A stretch of 28,670 nucleotides of DNA, taken from NCBI GenBank assembly GCA_963693365.1, contig CAVNZM010000049.1:1-28670 (forward strand), read 5' to 3'. This DNA is from Amoebidium appalachense (taxonomy: Eukaryota > Protista > Ichthyosporea). A model generated the notes under the pieces. The model saw only the letters and a list, made by a program, of their open reading frames with translations. It was not told where the DNA came from and did no database searches. Below are positions 26,410 through 28,670 of the stretch, piece by piece. The first letter of the stretch is position 1. Each line of letters starts with the position of its first letter. The position numbers and the translations under genes are program-made.

Positions 26410-27475
26410 GGGGGGGCTAATAAAAATCCTTTGTCGTAACCTCCCCCCCCCCCCCCCCCCCTACAGTCCGCGTCCGCGCCACGGCCATCTAGAAACACCA
26501 GGCCGCCTAACGCGTTTAACATTCCCGGGATAATGACATCTTAACCACAAAAGGCTATTCTGCATTCCACAAGGGGGTGCGGCCTACTTTTCATGGCAAC
26601 CGCGTATCCAGACGATTACGTAATCGTGCATTGAATTTGAAGATCCGAATCGGGTCACACCACGGCCCATAATGCAGCGCTTATCATTTGTAAATATTAA
26701 ATACTCAAATCGAATCGGGCTGAAAGAAAAGCCCGACGGGTATCGCGGAGAAAACTGCTGCACTTGCCGTACAAACAAAAGCATGAGTAAGCTGTTTTTC
26801 TGCTCCACTTTTTTTGTCTTGTTGTTGTTGCAAGCACTTTGAGCCACTTTGGGCATATAATGAGAACAAAATAATCTAATAGTATCTAACATATACCTTC
26901 ATTTGCAAGGATGGCATACGGCAACTGTTATCATAATGGCTGGTAGACCCGGATCCGTTCCGGTTTCTCTCTGTTCCCGCCCTCCCTCCTCTCACTTTTT
27001 GGCGAGCGGACCTCAAGCGTTAGCGTGTTGCTGCTCAGTCCTCGCGACTGTACGGGTTTCCACTTTTCGGTGAAAGTCGCTACTATATGGCATTGCATGG
27101 TGCGAAGCTCTTCATTATAACAGCAGCATCGGCAGCAAAACACCTTGGAAATGTGGTGAGTACAAGAGCTCTCTTGTCGCTCCGTATTACTAACCCCTAA
27201 CAACCGGCACCGGTCTCCTGGACGGCCCTGTTTGAGTTTCTTTATGTCCCTTGTTACCAAGTATTTTTGTCACAACTCTGACATAAAAGGATAACCGTTG
27301 TATTTTCTATTGTCTTTTTGCTGACCGCTCTATTATACAGACCAACTACCCATGTACCTGGGTTCAAACACGACATCTCTATCTCAACGTTTTACCTAAG
27401 TCTAAGCCATGTTTTTCCAGTTACTGTTTTGGTTGGAATGTTTGATACACGTGTGTAAGTTCTTGCCTCTCTCTG

Positions 27476-27499
27476 CACACACACACACACACACACACC

Positions 27500-27564
<65 letters not shown>

Positions 27565-27587
27565 ACACACATCCCAAAGCACACACA

Positions 27588-27630
<43 letters not shown>
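27476..27630. repeat. Interrupted (CA)n microsatellite
   Basis: Direct reading. Similar tracts at 638-732, 3460-3590 [(CA)n then (CACGCA)n] and 25652-25697 (GT). Confidence 0.95.
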
Positions 27631-27632
<2 letters not shown>

Positions 27633-28564
27633 CACATACATTCGCTCTGTATCTATGAATTTATGTGGATATATGTATATGTATATACGTATTTATATAT
27701 GTCCAAACTGCACATGTTGAAAAAAAACGTCACTACTCAGAGCTACACCTGCACTTCATCAGTCGTGCAGGTTATCGGCTAAAGTTGCTTGGTTATTCAA
27801 CATGCTATGCCCGTTTGTTTTTATGTTCACAACAGGTTGTCTCTACTTTTGCACTACGTCTACCCGTTACACATCTATTTTAGGGTGTGGTACTTAACCC
27901 CCATGTTTTAGATTAATATCTTCAAGATTAATCAATCTTATAGTATCCCGGGAATTCTGGAAAATCGGTCAATTAGAGTGATTAATCTTCAACATTAATC
28001 TCAACTCCCCCTCAAAAAACGGAGTTTTTCCCCGTAAAAATGGTCGGACGGGGCTGAAACTTTCCATGAGCGAAGCAAACATATATAGGTTTGAAAGCCC
28101 AGCGGCTGGGTGTGTGTTGCATATGGACTTTTCGGCACAGCGAGAGCGTGACGGTAGGTGAATATGGATATCGAGGATCATTATTCAAGGAGCCACAGTG
28201 ACTGCTGCAACTGAAGGCTTGAATGATTGATCTGAGTGTGCTGTATTGCATTATGATGTGGGGGGGAAAACGCTGCGTTTCAACAAAGAAATAGGAGAGC
28301 AATGCTTTTAAGTTACACCCCTCGAGTGCAGTATACCATTGGTTGCTGTTCGAACAAGACCCATTTATGGTGTGACGTATAGCCTTTTTTAGCTGTTGTA
28401 AACAAACAACACGGGCCGTGGCTACTTTTGAGGACCCTGCTTGTAGATTATCATCTCACACCCAACTTGAACCCGTAGCGTTGCTGTGGATACACCCTGT
28501 CGTTTTTACTTTCTTTTTGTTTTCATGTTTTCTTTTTTTTTGTTTTTGGTGATGGACGCAAAGA

Positions 28565-28670
28565 ATGGAAGGGGACTTTGAAATAATATTTGATGATAGT
28601 GGTGGGTTTGAAGCCGGGGCAGTAGACTCAGACATCTTTAACGATTTCTTTGCTGACGAACGCACAAGTG
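28565..28670 (+). CDS. Possible acidic N-terminus of a gene running off the window
   Basis: ATG at 28565 opens MEGDFEIIFDDSGGFEAGAVDSDIFNDFFADERTS... with no stop before the window end. Only 35 codons are visible. Confidence 0.25.
   Translation, partial: MEGDFEIIFDDSGGFEAGAVDSDIFNDFFADERTS

Noticed and set aside
26584-28302. Short ORFs in the distal region (for example 26931-27260 -) and RFX X-box-like motifs
   Set aside because: No recognisable domain or convincing splice chain, and the motifs only partly match the consensus.

Overview
Intron-rich eukaryotic DNA with GC-rich exons and introns full of (CA)n, poly-C and poly-A tracts. The fungal-type GAR transformylase and the animal-like ZC3H3 suggest a unicellular opisthokont, but this is inference. 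Bases 1-21955 are a near-identical head-to-tail duplication of an ~11.03 kb unit (junction at 10921/10922). Each unit holds the last three exons of a GAR transformylase gene (purN/ADE8, +), a 10-exon ZC3H3/Red5-type five-CCCH-finger gene (-), and the 5' exons of an uncharacterised coiled-coil gene (+, 'gene 3'), whose 3' exons continue only after the second unit (to ~25290). Both breakpoints fall in phase-1 introns, so the junction predicts an in-frame chimera of gene 3 with the PurN catalytic half. Other oddities: a minisatellite built from the purN branch point and 3' splice site (eight decoy acceptors, each leading to a stop), a telomere-like insert flanked by a 16-bp direct repeat, an intronic repeat family with hammerhead-like core motifs, and a possible piggyBac-type MITE. 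Most ORF-track entries are microsatellite artefacts. Differences between the copies are mostly homopolymer lengths, so an assembly artefact must be excluded.
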